Below are positions 1 to 10,614 of a stretch of DNA of 64,000 bases, piece by piece. The stretch comes from Diplonema japonicum (taxonomy: Eukaryota; Protista; Euglenozoa: Diplonemea), in contig OZ025695.1 of NCBI GenBank assembly GCA_964019335.1, positions 124,001 to 188,000 on the forward strand, read 5' to 3'. The translations under genes and the position numbers were made by a program. Each line of letters starts with the position of its first letter. Position 1 is the first letter of the stretch. The notes under the pieces were generated by a model that did no database searches, was not told the DNA's origin, and saw only the letters and a program-made list of their open reading frames with translations.

Positions 1-1860
1 AGGGTTGGAGGTAGCACTCTCTTGCTTTTTTCCGCTGCTCTGGCGTCACGGACCGTCACTACTTTCAGGAGGTATTGTTGCACGTTCTTTCCCTGCTTTG
101 TCGGCCCCTCTTGGGACTATCTCGTGAAGGGCTGTGGCAGCTGGGAGGACTTCTCGCTTCACCTCTGCGTATTGCTCGCTTTCCAACACACTCCTTGCCG
201 GCTCGCACTCCCACAGTGCATGCTCCGTCATGCTGGTCGTTGTCTGGGACCGGTGGTCGCAAACGTCACACGCTAATGCTGGGTTTTCCACACCAGGGCC
301 ATCCAATTTTCTCCCCCACACCCTCCCCTCGGGTGAGTCGTGCACACTGCACCACTAATGATGCGCCGCAACCTAAAGGACACCAACGGTCTTCGGGCCT
401 GGAGCTTTTTCCACCAATAGTTCGTGGACGGGCACGCCCCTGCCTCCATCCCCACGAACTCTTCTCGATCAGCCTCTTCGCAACTGCCGGTCTGATGGCT
501 TGCCTCACTTTGTGAGCCACCGCTGTATCTCCGTGCAGGTCGGCCACAAAGGACCATCCCTTCCCCAGAAAGGGGAGCCATCTGTTCCGCAGGACCCATC
601 ACCTCATCGTCATCGCGGTCCTGGTATAGACCAATGATCTCACCAACACGCTGCCGCAAACGCGGAGAGGCCAGGCTCTCCCGGACCAAGCTGTTTATCG
701 TTCCGTAGATGACCTTCGACAACGGATGTGCCGTATGCCCTGGCAGCAGAACGTTCGGTACAGACACGGGGTTTCTCATCCCGAACTGGGGGCCCCACAA
801 GGAGATCACTGCCGCTGTACACATCTTCTTCAGCTGGTCGTCCGAGGGTGCCGCATACGTCGCTCCGTACAGACACGACGGTGGTACAGTGCTCGTCAAC
901 ATCGTCGACTTGTTCTCAAACCCTAGTGGCAAAGCTCCGAGACGGGTCAGGCGTCCCTCCGCTGCGTCCAGCTTGTCCAGCCTGTGATTCCCATCCATGT
1001 TCAGGGTCACGCCAAGTGATTTGATCTCCCTAGCTACCTTGAACTAGGAACCGGTGCATACTAGACTAGGGCCGATCTCGTTTTTCGTCGAGAATCCCTG
1101 CGACTTCTTTCCATTCAGGCGCATCTCTGTCCGGTCCCCGTACTCGATCACCTTGTTGGTCGCCCTTGTCAGGACCTCCGCTAAACGCGCCAGGAGGTAC
1201 ACGTCATCCGCGTACGAAAGTGACCAAGCTCCTGGTACTTCCGTCATCACGCACTTCACCATCACCGACACCAAGGCGTTCACCATGATTACCGAGATGG
1301 GGCACCCTTGCAGGATACCATTCGTCACCCGGAACTCTGAGCCAAAACCTGTCGGGAAACGGAATCGCCGCTTCAGGTTCGCATACATAGCTTTCAAGGG
1401 GGTCAGTATCCGCTCGTGCAAACCGAGATCTTGCATCAGGCCAAAAGCTATCTGCTGTGGGACTCTGTCGAAACACTTGACAAAATCCAACGCAATGCCG
1501 TTGAGAGGGGTGCCTGTCAACAGCGCCTCTTCAAGCTGTGTACTGAGCTCCATCAGAATGCTATCCGTGCCTCTCTTCGGTCTGAACCCATGCTGAGAGT
1601 CGTCGATCCACTTCTCTTGCGCGTGATGTCACGCAGCCTCGCACATGCCCACAGCCGATAGACCGCGCTCGTGACTGTGATCGGCCGATGGTTCAAAGGA
1701 GTTCTCTCGCCACCCTTCGGGATCAACGTCACCAGCGCTGTCAGGAGTGCTTTCGGCCACTTCCCTGTCGTCTCGATCGCGTTGAACAGCTCGGCCCAAG
1801 CATCCAGCAGTACAACTGGCATGGCACGCAGTTCCGTCATCCTCCATCCATCCACCCCTC
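1..1860 (-). mobile_element. Decayed, 5'-truncated non-LTR retrotransposon (LINE) with reverse transcriptase and C-terminal Cys/His motif; continues past the window start
   Basis: RT motifs across broken frames: DGWRMTEL, VTLIPKG, HRPITVTSAVYRLW, ALDFVKCFDRVP, GILQGCPIS, SYADD, LNGKKS. Downstream CDVC...EHALWEC. Frame breaks near 1553-1600, 1040 and 300. Confidence 0.92.
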
Positions 1861-2797
1861 GAAAATATTTGTGACGGTTTGTAGCCTTACTTCATGAGAA
1901 AAAAAAAAAAAAAGCTATCTCTGTGACACGGTGTAAATGGTCGGCTATGGACCGTTCACCAGGTTCACGGAGGCTCGCTTGTCCAGGGAACACCGGTTCA
2001 TAATCATTTCTGGTATCGTTTCGATTGAAGGGTTTCGCAATTCGCTCAGTCCTGTACGCTCGGCCTGCCTACGAGCCCACGAGGTCATCGCGACCAGCAT
2101 CTTCCGAAGAAGTGCTTCCCTCAGCAGGGTACTTAAAAGAGTCCATTATTTATCCCAGGATTTATGCTGTGCGGATGAGATTCCTGTGATTGTATTAGGC
2201 AGTACTAGAGACAGGCCCACGGAGTACTAAGTTGATAGCTTTGTTTTTCCTTTCAATAATAAAAAAATAAAAGGGGGGGGAGAGTGTAATTCATGGGAAA
2301 TAAAAAAAGAAAAAAAGAAAAAGCAGAGGAATAACAAAAACCTTTGTGTGTTTTTTTCATTCCTCCGGGGGGGGGGAAAAAAAATAGAAAAATTTCACTG
2401 TTGATTGAGCGTGTTAGCAACGACCCGGAGCCACAGGAAGCTTAAAATAGTCGGAAAAAAAAAAAAGAAGAAGAAGAAAGAAAAAAAGTGGAAACAATCA
2501 CCAACACCCTTCCGAGGTAAGCCAGAGGGCGTCGTTGGTCACTGTTTGGAGAGGAAGTATGTACTAATTAGGCTTTTTTATATAAAGGTTTTCAGCACTT
2601 TGGTTTTAAAGAATTTGTTGTTTTCATTCCTTGTTTTTAAAAACATAGAAAGCAGCTCCAGAAGAGCAAGAGCCATTAAACGCCGGCTCCCTTTTTTATT
2701 TAAGCTGTGCATTTACATCTTCTGGCTGCCAAGAAAGAAACGAGAGGAAGGAAGGAAGAAGAAAAATAGATAATGAAAAGACTCAACTCTTGATTCA

Positions 2798-3835
2798 TCA
2801 CAAGCAGACACAGGGTCTTTGGGGCCCGGTGGTGCCAGCAGCAACCTTCCTGGGGCACCAGTCGCCGACGGGACCAGAGGAGGTGAAGACGGCGGTGTGC
2901 GGAGCGTTAGCAGAGAGGGGGATGGTGAGCTTCTCGCCAGGGGCGAAGGTCTTCTGGAACACGGTCATGGTCTGTGCCTGGTTGGAGCCTGAAGGGGAGA
3001 AGACAGGGGAGCACGAGGACCCCTGCCAGTCGTTGTTGGCAAGGTACATAGGGATCCCACCGTTCTGTCCCTTGGAGCAAGGGGGGCAGTGGTAGACCGC
3101 CACGAAGAAGTTGCAGGGGGCCTTCTTCTTCGAGCAGCACTCGAGCTTGATCTCGTCCCCAGCCGCGAGCCCCGGAAGGCTGTGCACCACTGCGTTCTCG
3201 AGAGCAGTGGGAGGGTTCGCAAGAGTCCTCTCTGCCGTCGTGAGCTTCCCGTTTGTGAAGGCCATGGGCGGCTGGGGCATCGCAACCCCTGACTTCACTG
3301 CCGTCACAGCAGCACAGGTGGTGCAGCAGTCCGCCCTGTGGTGCAGCAGAACAGGGTCGATCTCAGGGTGCATCGCCCTGCAGTTGTTCAGCCCGCACAC
3401 CAGCCCATCCCCGCACTGGTCATCGTTGTCACAGTCCCCGATCCCGAACCCGCACCCGGGGTTCTTCATGCAGTAGTCCAGGTGGAACGGCTGCATCACC
3501 TCACAGCAGTCAGCAAGCTCCTCGTAGTTCGCTGCATCCATGGGGTGCATCGCCTTGCAGTTGTTGTGCCCGCACGCCAGCCCAGCCACACACTCGTCAT
3601 CCGTGTCACAGTCCCCCTCTCCGTGTTTGCACGCAACGGTCTGGCACTTGTCCCAGCTCCACCCCCCAGTCCTCAGGGTCTGGCCCCCTCCCCCCATCGC
3701 CATCAGCTGCTGCGTCTCCGCGTTCGTGTCCTCGTCGTTCGTCTCCCCGGAGTTGTCCGTCCCCTTCGTGGGGTCTGCTGCATCCACTGCCGCCTGCATC
3801 GCAACCAACACAACCAGGGCAATCTGGAGCTTCAT
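2798..3835 (-). CDS. Secreted Cys-rich protein with two C-x2-G(E/I)GDCD-x-D-x2-C-x2-GL-x-CG-x-NNC repeats and a Cys-containing C-terminal domain
   Basis: 345-aa ORF with signal peptide MKLQIALVVLVAMQAAVDA, duplicated Cys module and GC3-rich codons. Confidence 0.85.
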   Translation of the reverse strand: MKLQIALVVLVAMQAAVDAADPTKGTDNSGETNDEDTNAETQQLMAMGGGGQTLRTGGWSWDKCQTVACKHGEGDCDTDDECVAGLACGHNNCKAMHPMDAANYEELADCCEVMQPFHLDYCMKNPGCGFGIGDCDNDDQCGDGLVCGLNNCRAMHPEIDPVLLHHRADCCTTCAAVTAVKSGVAMPQPPMAFTNGKLTTAERTLANPPTALENAVVHSLPGLAAGDEIKLECCSKKKAPCNFFVAVYHCPPCSKGQNGGIPMYLANNDWQGSSCSPVFSPSGSNQAQTMTVFQKTFAPGEKLTIPLSANAPHTAVFTSSGPVGDWCPRKVAAGTTGPQRPCVCL

Positions 3836-3992
3836 TTTACTTTTCTTCGTTTCTTTCTTTTTGTGTAGAGGTAAATCTGTGTTGGTAATCAGTCTATGCA
3901 GTGTCCCTCCCCTTTGTTTGGATGTTAGAAAAAATAAAGCTTCTGACTCTGTTGAAAAGCGGGGGCTAAAAAAACACTGCAGTTTCTCATAT

Positions 3993-4034
<42 letters not shown>

Positions 4035-4036
<2 letters not shown>

Positions 4037-4963
4037 ATCCCTCAAGAAGGGTCACGAGAAATTCTATGTTCGTGGTTAAGAAATACGCGGCGCTTGCCGT
4101 GGTTGCGAGGCAGCAGGCCTTGGCGGAGAGGGTGGAGGGGGGGCTGGCAGGCGCGGTGCCGAGGTCGTCGAGTCGACGGAGGAAAAAGGAAAGGGAGTAA
4201 ATCTCGAAGTAACGCTGGCGGATCCTTTCCATGTAATCAACAATAACAGGGTAGTCGGAGATGATAAAAGATGCGGGCTTCCTGGGCACACCAGAGGGGT
4301 ACAGGATGCTGCCCACGAACCCGAAAACAACTGCATCTACCACTGTGGGCGCAGATGTCCCGAGAAGCCAGTTTTTGCTGCCGAGCTGGTCCGCAATTGC
4401 TTGGCAGACGTGATCCACGATTTTCAGAACCTTCTCCAGCGTCACGTTGTCCTTCGCCAGCTCGGTGTGGCTTCGTGTTAGTTCAGACTCGACACTTGGG
4501 AGCAGATATTTTCTGAAAAAGGAGAAGAATTTTCTATATTCCACCTTAGTATTGCTCTGCGAGGAAATTAAAAAAAAAAAAAAAAGAGAGAAAAAAGCGG
4601 GCACACCAGTGAGGTTTCTTTCCCAACTAGCAGCCACTGCTGCACCACCGAAAGTTCTTTTTCGCACAGGGCGATGAACGCCTTCTTCAGCACTCTCTGC
4701 CCGTCCGTCAACGCCGCCTCCTCCTTCGCGAATGGGCTCCTCGTCACCAACACCGTCTCGTTTAAAATGCGCTCGAACCCATCCTTCGCATTCCACACAC
4801 CTTTGTCGCTGCTCAACCGCGGGACCGATCTTTCCGTCACCTCCACTTCTTTATTGAATTCCACATGTCCCATCCTCAGAGCCGCCTCTGCCGCCAAACA
4901 GTACGGCTGTGCCACAGGCATCTTGTAGATGCCCGGGGAGGTGATCATCACGATATCGCTCAT
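4035..4963 (-). CDS. Metaxin/FAX-like GST-fold protein (2 exons; intron 4557-4606)
   Basis: PYCLAAEAALRM N-domain and LGSKNWLLGTSAPTVVDAVVFG C-domain. A phase-0 GT-AG 50-nt intron joins the two ORFs. Hydrophobic C-terminal tail. Confidence 0.82.
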
Positions 4964-5080
4964 TTTCCTTTTCCCCCCTTTCTCTTTTTAAAAGTATAGA
5001 GATTCGTTGTTTCTTTAGGCGAATTCTTTTGTCCAACTTCAAAGAAAGAAAATTCCAAAAAAGAAAAAGGGCCACCTCAT

Positions 5081-7702
5081 CTAAAGGGGCTGCTTTTCTA
5101 TGGGCACATAACGCAAAGGCACCTCTAGCTTAGTGGGGTGGGTGGTAAACCCCGTGGGGTGGGTGGTCATGGGGTATGCTGTCCCGGGAATGGGGGGGTG
5201 TGTCAGGGTGGTGAGGTGGCGGAGCGTGGGACGCCCGTGCGGGCAGTTCCACGGGTTTGTCATGGTTGCCATGTGGCGGACAACAGTGGTCATGAGCGAA
5301 GTGTTGAGCGAGGTGCCGATCATGATGGATGAACGGCACGCTCGTGAAGCGAGCATGGCTGTGGTGCGGGTGGGGCGGACCGTCTTTGCACCAGGAAGCT
5401 CCTTGAGAATTGCTAAGACCTCCTGTATGTCATGATCGGTGAAGGTAGTGTTGTACGAGGTGGGCACAGCGGTCACAAGCACACGCTTCATGGGGTCTGT
5501 GGTCTCGTCGTCGTACTTGAAGCGAAAGCCGTTTTTTGTAAACACCTGTTCGTTGTCACGCAGGAGCAACACGTCCCCTGCAGGAAGGGACAGCCCCCTT
5601 GCCTGCACCAACGGCTGCGGCCGTGCGACGTACTGCGCTTTGAGCCTTTCATAATTGTACTTCTCATCCGACGCATGCTGGTCTATGAGAAACAGGTCCC
5701 TCCCCAACCCCGCAATGATGAATCCTTTGTTGAACTGCCCGATGATCCGCATTTTCTTGAAGTCCTCCTTCCGTACCCGTGAGGCAAGCTCTTCCTCGCA
5801 GGTCGCGGACTTCCCAGCATACCCACTCCACTTCACACCATCATTGTCTTCCTGCACAGATGCCTGTAAAAGCCTTTTTTTTATATCGTCAATGTTCACA
5901 TCCACAAACACGTCCTTCTCGTCATCCGGCTTCGTCTCCTTCTCGTCCAGCACCTTCCTCCCGCTGCTGCTAGCAACGGAACTCGCTTCCATCGTGTGGC
6001 GTATGTCCACTGGCTCCGGAGTAGGTTCTCTTTGTTTGGTCTTTTTCTCCTTTTTCATCCGCTTCTTCGGGGGGGTGTCCTCTTGCTGGATCACCTCTGC
6101 CATCTCGGAGTTCCTTTTATTACCGCTCTCAACAAGCTTCTTGAATGGGTTAACAGCTTTCTTTGGAGGGGTTGTGGGGTTGGGGGCTGCGACAGAGGTG
6201 GGCGGAGACACCGCCGTCTCTGACTGCACCTCCTCGACGTCTACCGAATGCCTTGACCGCTTGCTGGGAGGGGTGTTGTCGGACTCACAAGAGCTGGACG
6301 ACACCGACTCTTCATCGTTACTGCTATCAGGTGCGACATGGATGCAATCGCAACCATCTGCGGGCTCCGACGGATTTGTCTCGCTGGGGATATGCACCAA
6401 CAGAGTACTCTGCTTCTTGACAGGCGGGGCAGCGTTCTCTTCGTCGTCAGTGTCGTACTGAAGAGGCTGCGGAGGAGAATCGGGTTTGGGTGTTTCGGAG
6501 ACTGTCTTGAGCTTGAGGAACGAGTCGACAGTGCGTGTCCCTGTGGCGGGTGTGGTGGGCGTGCCTGGGATTTCCTGCTGCGGGGTAGAAATGACAAGCC
6601 GGTCTGCTTCTTGCTTCTCAAGCTCATCTTCAGTCTCTTCCCAAGAAACGCCTTTGAGAGACATCACAGCAGGGCCTGTCCCGTCGTTCTCCTCCCAAAA
6701 CTGCTTGAACGCATCGAAGACAAGCTCGCAGACAGCGTTGAGCCCCTTCAGCAGTACAGTGCGCTTGTCGGGTGTTACGTTGACATCGAAGTCTGTTGCC
6801 ACGCCGGATATGTTCAAGAAGTACATCGGCTTCTCTTTCATGTTGAAGCGGCGGTAGGCCTGGTTCACTTTGATGCCGAAGGCGGGGATGTCGACCGGAC
6901 GGCCTCTTACATATAGGAACCGAGCGTCGGTCTTAACCCGCCCGCAGCCTTTGATGGGCTTTGAGATGAACCCCGACACGACGAGCTTGTTAGGGAGCAA
7001 CATGTTTACCTTCTGGAGGTTCTTCGTGATCCCGATACCAAAGATCTCATGCACCGACTCGATGAGACTCCTTCCCGACGAGGCCATGATGCACGTGTAC
7101 GGCTTGTCGGGGGTGGCCCTGTCGTAGACCTTGATCCGCACGCCTGTTGACGCGACGCAATATTCTTGGAGGAGTTTTATAGCATGTTGGTAGTCTTTTT
7201 TCCCTGTTTTCTCGAGCTCTTTGCGTCGTACTGGAAGTGTTGTGAATAGGTTGCTCACCTTGATTGTCGTGCCGGGTTTTTGTTGGGAAGTCTGCGTTTT
7301 TTGTGTGATGCGTTGATCGTGGGCGTACTTCAAGTGCGTGCCGTGAGGAGCGGTGGTGTGTTTTGTGGTGATTTCAAGTTCGCCTAAACCGCACAGGGCC
7401 GACAAGGCCTCGCCTCTGAAGCCATAAGTGCCCAGGCCCTTCTCGATGTCGGTGTAGTCATTGATCTTCGACGTGGCGTGGGTCGCCACCACGCGTTCGA
7501 AGTCTTCTTCCGGGATGCCTTTCCCATCGTCTTGTACCAGAAGCTCCTTGACGCCCCACCCTGTAGTCCGCACGATTACCTCTTTCGCACCGGCGTCGAT
7601 GGCGTTCTCCACCAGTTCCTTCAATGCACCCCCTACTGAGGTCACCACTTGCGAGACGCATATCTGCCGCACAGTCTCCTTGTCGATGCCCGCGATCGAC
7701 AT
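5081..7702 (-). CDS. PMS2: MutL-family mismatch repair endonuclease PMS2/PMS1
   Basis: LKELVENAIDAG, DDGKGI and GFRGEAL (GHKL ATPase); DQHASDEKYNYE, ACR and CPHGRP endonuclease motifs. Start taken at MSIAGID. Confidence 0.96.
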   Translation of the reverse strand: MSIAGIDKETVRQICVSQVVTSVGGALKELVENAIDAGAKEVIVRTTGWGVKELLVQDDGKGIPEEDFERVVATHATSKINDYTDIEKGLGTYGFRGEALSALCGLGELEITTKHTTAPHGTHLKYAHDQRITQKTQTSQQKPGTTIKVSNLFTTLPVRRKELEKTGKKDYQHAIKLLQEYCVASTGVRIKVYDRATPDKPYTCIMASSGRSLIESVHEIFGIGITKNLQKVNMLLPNKLVVSGFISKPIKGCGRVKTDARFLYVRGRPVDIPAFGIKVNQAYRRFNMKEKPMYFLNISGVATDFDVNVTPDKRTVLLKGLNAVCELVFDAFKQFWEENDGTGPAVMSLKGVSWEETEDELEKQEADRLVISTPQQEIPGTPTTPATGTRTVDSFLKLKTVSETPKPDSPPQPLQYDTDDEENAAPPVKKQSTLLVHIPSETNPSEPADGCDCIHVAPDSSNDEESVSSSSCESDNTPPSKRSRHSVDVEEVQSETAVSPPTSVAAPNPTTPPKKAVNPFKKLVESGNKRNSEMAEVIQQEDTPPKKRMKKEKKTKQREPTPEPVDIRHTMEASSVASSSGRKVLDEKETKPDDEKDVFVDVNIDDIKKRLLQASVQEDNDGVKWSGYAGKSATCEEELASRVRKEDFKKMRIIGQFNKGFIIAGLGRDLFLIDQHASDEKYNYERLKAQYVARPQPLVQARGLSLPAGDVLLLRDNEQVFTKNGFRFKYDDETTDPMKRVLVTAVPTSYNTTFTDHDIQEVLAILKELPGAKTVRPTRTTAMLASRACRSSIMIGTSLNTSLMTTVVRHMATMTNPWNCPHGRPTLRHLTTLTHPPIPGTAYPMTTHPTGFTTHPTKLEVPLRYVPIEKQPL

Positions 7703-7864
7703 GTTCTTTTTTTCTTTGTTCTCCCCGATCCTGTATTTTGTCGTTTTTCTAAGGGGGGGGAGTGTCCAATAAAAATAAAAGAAATAGATCAAAGGTTAGG
7801 TACAGGTACATTAGATACAAAAAAAAAAAAAATGGTACAAAAAAAAATCTTTTTTTTTTAATTT

Positions 7865-9682
7865 TCAGATATCGCGCTCCAACGGTGTCTTGTATTCCAG
7901 TCCGATGGCGTCGAAGATGGCTTGTTCCGAATCACACGGGATGGGCTCGCCTTCGTGGACCTTTTCGCGTCCGCTCTGACGATAAACACGGACAGCGGGG
8001 CAGAGCGTGCGGTCAGAGAGGGTGAGCCCTTTCTTGTGGCAGAACAACCTCATGGATCTATTAAAGTAGTTAGACCCAGTGAAGTACAACACGGCAAAGG
8101 GGTAGTGCTCCTTTTTGTAGAGCTTCAAATCGATACGACGGTGAACGTGCGCATTGGGGTGGTGAACCGCTGTTTGGTTATCAGCACAAATATCTGAAAG
8201 GTGAGTCAGCTGACAAGTATTTTTGTTATCACAAGGAGGGATCTGACACACGCCAAACCACATATCTGCTTCTCCCGTTTTTGAAGATTTGTATGAAATT
8301 GTCAAGCTGTCGGTGAGGAAGCCGGTACTTTGAAGGTCATCAGCTATGCAAGCAAGCATTCCATCATGGTGTCTTCCTTTTTTATCGCACATCAACACGT
8401 CAACATCCCCGCAGGTGGACTTCCCTCTTCGGTACGACCCACAGACTTCAACTTCGATGTTGGAAGATACCTTCTCCACAGCCTTCCGAACCGTCTCGCG
8501 GATTAGTTCTACCTCAGCGCGGGGGATTCTTTCTTGCAGCTCATCGCAGTATTTCAGACCGATTTTTTGAGGTTTGGTGAGGACCTCGTCTTGTTTTTCT
8601 ATTAGCGTTTTGATGGTTTTGATGCCCATTCTGTAAAGCCGAACAGCGGTGGTGGGGCCCACCCCCCAGATTTTTCCCATGGTGCTCACGACTTGAACTT
8701 CTTCGGATTTTTCCATAACCTGGATTTTCAAACACGTCCCGGTTGAGAGGATCTCCTGGATCTTATCGGCGATCTTTCCCCCGATCCCTCTTGCGCCAGC
8801 GACGTCCTCCTTGCACGTTATTTTCGTCTTCCATCTTTTGATGATCCCGATCGCTTTGCTATAGGCGTACTTCCTCCAGCTGTCGCCCAGGTTCGCGTAG
8901 GTGGTGTGCAGTTTTTCAAGCTCGTCAATCAACGCAGAGTTCGGGGAGGCTTCCTGCATCTTGTTCTTGCCCTTTTGACACGCGAATTCCGAAGCGAAAA
9001 ATACAGGTATAAAACCCTTCTTTTTAAAAGGGGTGGTCTCCGGAGTCGCAACTACCTTCTGTTCATTTTCTGCAACGTCGACCACCGGACCGAAACAGGT
9101 TTTTTTGAACGGCGGTTCCGGTGCAGGTGTTGCAACAACGTCGAAGTCGAACGGTGTGTACACCGCTTCTGGAACAGATTGTTGTGTTACTGGAGCGAGT
9201 TGTTTCGAGCTCAACGACATGCTGACCCATTCAGGTGGGCACATTGCAACCTTGAAAGGAATGGGTTTTCCCAAAGCTGTTTCGGCTCTGTCTCGAGAAT
9301 GATATCCCGTGACGAGGTGTGAGGCTTGTTCCAGGTTATCGGTTACCATCCCACCATGTGTAATTATTAGGTCGCAAATGATTTTTCCGCGGACTTTTCC
9401 GACAGCCCTGTCGCCGATAAGGATGCCTATGTTGCACTCGGCGAAGAGGTCTGTTTTGCGCCTTGATGGTTCCCCCCTCCATCTTAGAAGTTCAGCTTCG
9501 GCTTCGCTGGTCTTATTGCACTCTTTGCCGATTGGTACCGTTTCACCTCTTTCCACCAGATCTCTTTTCCGCCTCGCGGGGGATTTTGAGGGTTGGTGTT
9601 GCGGTTTTGTTACAAAATCTTCTTCGCCCTCTTCGTCGGACGAGGGGAGAAGTACCTCTACTTGGCGTTTAAAGTCATCCAT
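7865..9682 (-). CDS. Family X DNA polymerase, lambda-like, with N-terminal BRCT domain
   Basis: BRCT-like region (HGGMV...ASHLV...PEWVSMSL), HhH motifs GIGGKIADKI and GVGPTTA, GSYRRGKSTCGDVDVL, RRIDL, YFTGS. Confidence 0.92.
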   Translation of the reverse strand: MDDFKRQVEVLLPSSDEEGEEDFVTKPQHQPSKSPARRKRDLVERGETVPIGKECNKTSEAEAELLRWRGEPSRRKTDLFAECNIGILIGDRAVGKVRGKIICDLIITHGGMVTDNLEQASHLVTGYHSRDRAETALGKPIPFKVAMCPPEWVSMSLSSKQLAPVTQQSVPEAVYTPFDFDVVATPAPEPPFKKTCFGPVVDVAENEQKVVATPETTPFKKKGFIPVFFASEFACQKGKNKMQEASPNSALIDELEKLHTTYANLGDSWRKYAYSKAIGIIKRWKTKITCKEDVAGARGIGGKIADKIQEILSTGTCLKIQVMEKSEEVQVVSTMGKIWGVGPTTAVRLYRMGIKTIKTLIEKQDEVLTKPQKIGLKYCDELQERIPRAEVELIRETVRKAVEKVSSNIEVEVCGSYRRGKSTCGDVDVLMCDKKGRHHDGMLACIADDLQSTGFLTDSLTISYKSSKTGEADMWFGVCQIPPCDNKNTCQLTHLSDICADNQTAVHHPNAHVHRRIDLKLYKKEHYPFAVLYFTGSNYFNRSMRLFCHKKGLTLSDRTLCPAVRVYRQSGREKVHEGEPIPCDSEQAIFDAIGLEYKTPLERDI

Positions 9683-10146
9683 TTTCTTTCCCCCTCCCTT
9701 TTGAATGTTTTTTTTTTTTTTTTTTTCGTGTTTTGACGCGACTGCGTCTGCAAAAGGATGTAGGTGGGAAGAGATATAAAACCAATATTAAATAACCGTT
9801 TTAAAAAGAGACAAAAAAAAAAAGGAATAATAAATAAATAAAAATAATTAAAAAAAGGAGTCAATTTTATTCATCGTTTTGTGGTTTAACCTGTGGAAAA
9901 GGATAAGCCCAACAATGCTCACCCCCCCACCTCTTTGTTTTTGGGCAATAAGCATTCATTTTTTTTTTTTTTTTTTTCCCGCTTGCTCAAGCAAAAAAAA
10001 AAAAAAAAAGACAGAAAGAAAGAAAGAAAGAAAGAAGGAAAAAGAAAAGCCGACCCTGTTTGTTCAAAGAAAGCTATCTCCCTTTTCTCTTTTTTTTTTT
10101 TCCTTTCTCGTTTAGCACAAAAAAATAAAAAGAAAAATAAAGGGAG

Positions 10147-10331
10147 AAGGTATTTTTAGAGACCAAAAAAAAAAACTTTTTTGCGTTCGTAGATTGCCCA
10201 AAAAGATTTCACTAAGAAGTGGCTCGCCGCAGGTTCGCATTCCTGTCAGCTTGCCGCTGTCACTCTCAAAAATTTGAACCTCTTGTGGTGAAGGTACCGG
10301 GGTGTTGAATTGAAGAAAACGAACGAATGTA

Positions 10332-10364
<33 letters not shown>

Positions 10365-10389
10365 CAGTTTGGTCTCTAAAAAATACCTT
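10147..10389. mobile_element. MITE-like element with ~21-bp terminal inverted repeats
   Basis: AAGGTATTTTTAGAGACCAAA at 10147 versus TTTGGTCTCTAAAAAATACCTT ending at 10389 (one-base indel). Non-coding interior; no clear TSD. Confidence 0.6.
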
Positions 10390-10399
10390 GTTGTCCCCC

Positions 10400-10433
<34 letters not shown>

Positions 10434-10614
10434 TGAGGGAAATGGATAATAGGTGGAGTTAGACTAGGGAGGTTCTTTCTTCCCGTCCCCTTGTCAAATT
10501 AAACAGGGTGTGGTAAAAGGTCGGACACTCCCTCCTGATGCTCCAAAGAAGAAAAAAAGAGGGGGGGGGAGGGAAAGAAGAAGAGAGGAGAAAAGAAAGA
10601 GGGAGAAAACCACC

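Noticed and set aside
1915-2230. Coding-like island next to the LINE
   Set aside because: No start-to-stop ORF with recognisable motifs on the minus strand
4513-4544. Possible second metaxin intron (GTGGAA...TTCAG)
   Set aside because: The frame is open without it, and removing 32 nt would frameshift
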